DNA of 64,000 nucleotides from Bacilli bacterium (GTDB lineage Bacteria; Bacillota_I; Bacilli_A; RFN20; CAG-826): NCBI GenBank assembly GCA_024408295.1, contig JAKSVE010000004.1, positions 396 to 64,395 of the forward strand, read 5' to 3'. Shown piece by piece: positions 63,514 to 64,000 of this stretch (position 1 is its first letter; each line of letters starts with the position of its first letter). The notes under the pieces were generated by a model. It saw only the letters and a program-made list of their open reading frames with translations, ran no database searches and was not told where the DNA came from. The position numbers and the translations under genes were made by a program.

Positions 63514-64000
63514 ATGGATGTCTTCTGGCGCGGTCACGCATCCTTCATTGAGCCATTTCCGTATGACACCTACGAACCCGTTCCACACGAACGTTACCTC
63601 GATTTCCCCGCAATCGGAGCTGTCTTTGATTAGGCTCGAAAGCACAATCGCCCTTACTGTCGAACGAAGCTCATTGCCTATCGGGTGCAAATGATATATC
63701 TTCTTCACCACCTTCAGCAATTCGTAATTGTCCCTAACGAAGAGCAACATCCTCATCAGATCGTCGTGCGAATTTTCGGAGTCGTTGTCCTTTGCTAATC
63801 GGTTTTGCAATTCCTGCTCGAAGCATTGCAATAGGTCGATAAAGGCGTCATTGATCGTTTCGTAATGAAAATAGAGGGTGGTTCTGCTGATTCCTGTCGC
63901 GTTGCTGACCTTCAGGAAATTCAAATCGTCTGGTTTGCAGTCGTTCAAAAGGGTTTCCAAGGACGGAAACAGAACTTCTTTTTTTAGTCTCTCCCATTTC
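63487..64000 (-). CDS. TetR/AcrR-family transcriptional regulator (N-terminus beyond the right edge)
   Basis: The frame stays open upstream of the track's TTG (…KWERLKKEVLFPSLETLLNDCKPDDLNFLKVSNATGISRTTLYFHYETINDAF). The HTH pattern ISRTTLYFHY is typical of TetR. Confidence 0.65.
   Translation of the reverse strand, partial: KWERLKKEVLFPSLETLLNDCKPDDLNFLKVSNATGISRTTLYFHYETINDAFIDLLQCFEQELQNRLAKDNDSENSHDDLMRMLLFVRDNYELLKVVKKIYHLHPIGNELRSTVRAIVLSSLIKDSSDCGEIEVTFVWNGFVGVIRKWLNEGCVTAPEDIHEALILRKI

Noticed and set aside
48645-64000. Integrase, transposase or relaxase that would prove mobility of the accessory region
   Set aside because: No ORF in this span shows tyrosine- or serine-recombinase, DDE or relaxase motifs. 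Mobility therefore remains an inference from repeats and composition.

Overview
The window comes from a low-GC Bacillota/Mollicutes-like chromosome that uses the standard genetic code. TGA is used as a stop, and both RF1 and a frameshift-regulated RF2 are present.

Positions 1-16.9 kb hold one long co-directional operon. It encodes an Opp-type oligopeptide ABC importer: a giant lipoprotein binding protein, OppB, an oversized OppC, and OppD and OppF with insertions. Three paralogous M6 (InhA-like) zinc-metalloprotease lipoproteins are embedded in or next to this operon.

Positions 17-48.6 kb are housekeeping genes:
- ybaK, an M24 aminopeptidase, a GH2 glycosidase, HAD hydrolases and mntP
- an RluA-family pseudouridine synthase, a 1130-aa YfhO-like membrane protein and rsmI
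- ricT/yaaT, holB, tmk, recR, ybaB and dnaX
- prfA, prmC, tsaC and rpiB
- comFA, comFC, secA and prfB
- yitT, uvrB, secG, folD and an M29 aminopeptidase

From 48.6 kb to the right edge the content is accessory. A YolD plus Y-family polymerase pair sits on one side of a lone tRNA-Ala(CGC).

On the other side is an AT-rich operon. It encodes two HTH proteins, a secreted streptopain (C10)-like cysteine protease and two tandem fused MacB/FtsX-type ABC proteins.

Beyond that lies a clearly GC-richer 4.2-kb cassette with a second C10-like protease paralog and an internally duplicated lipoprotein. The cassette is bracketed by 148-nt direct repeats. Each repeat is preceded by an array of GGGTGCGT motifs at 20-22-bp spacing, and each contains a copy of the hairpin that follows the tRNA. 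A partial TetR-family gene runs off the right edge.

No rRNA, CRISPR array, integrase or transposase was seen.
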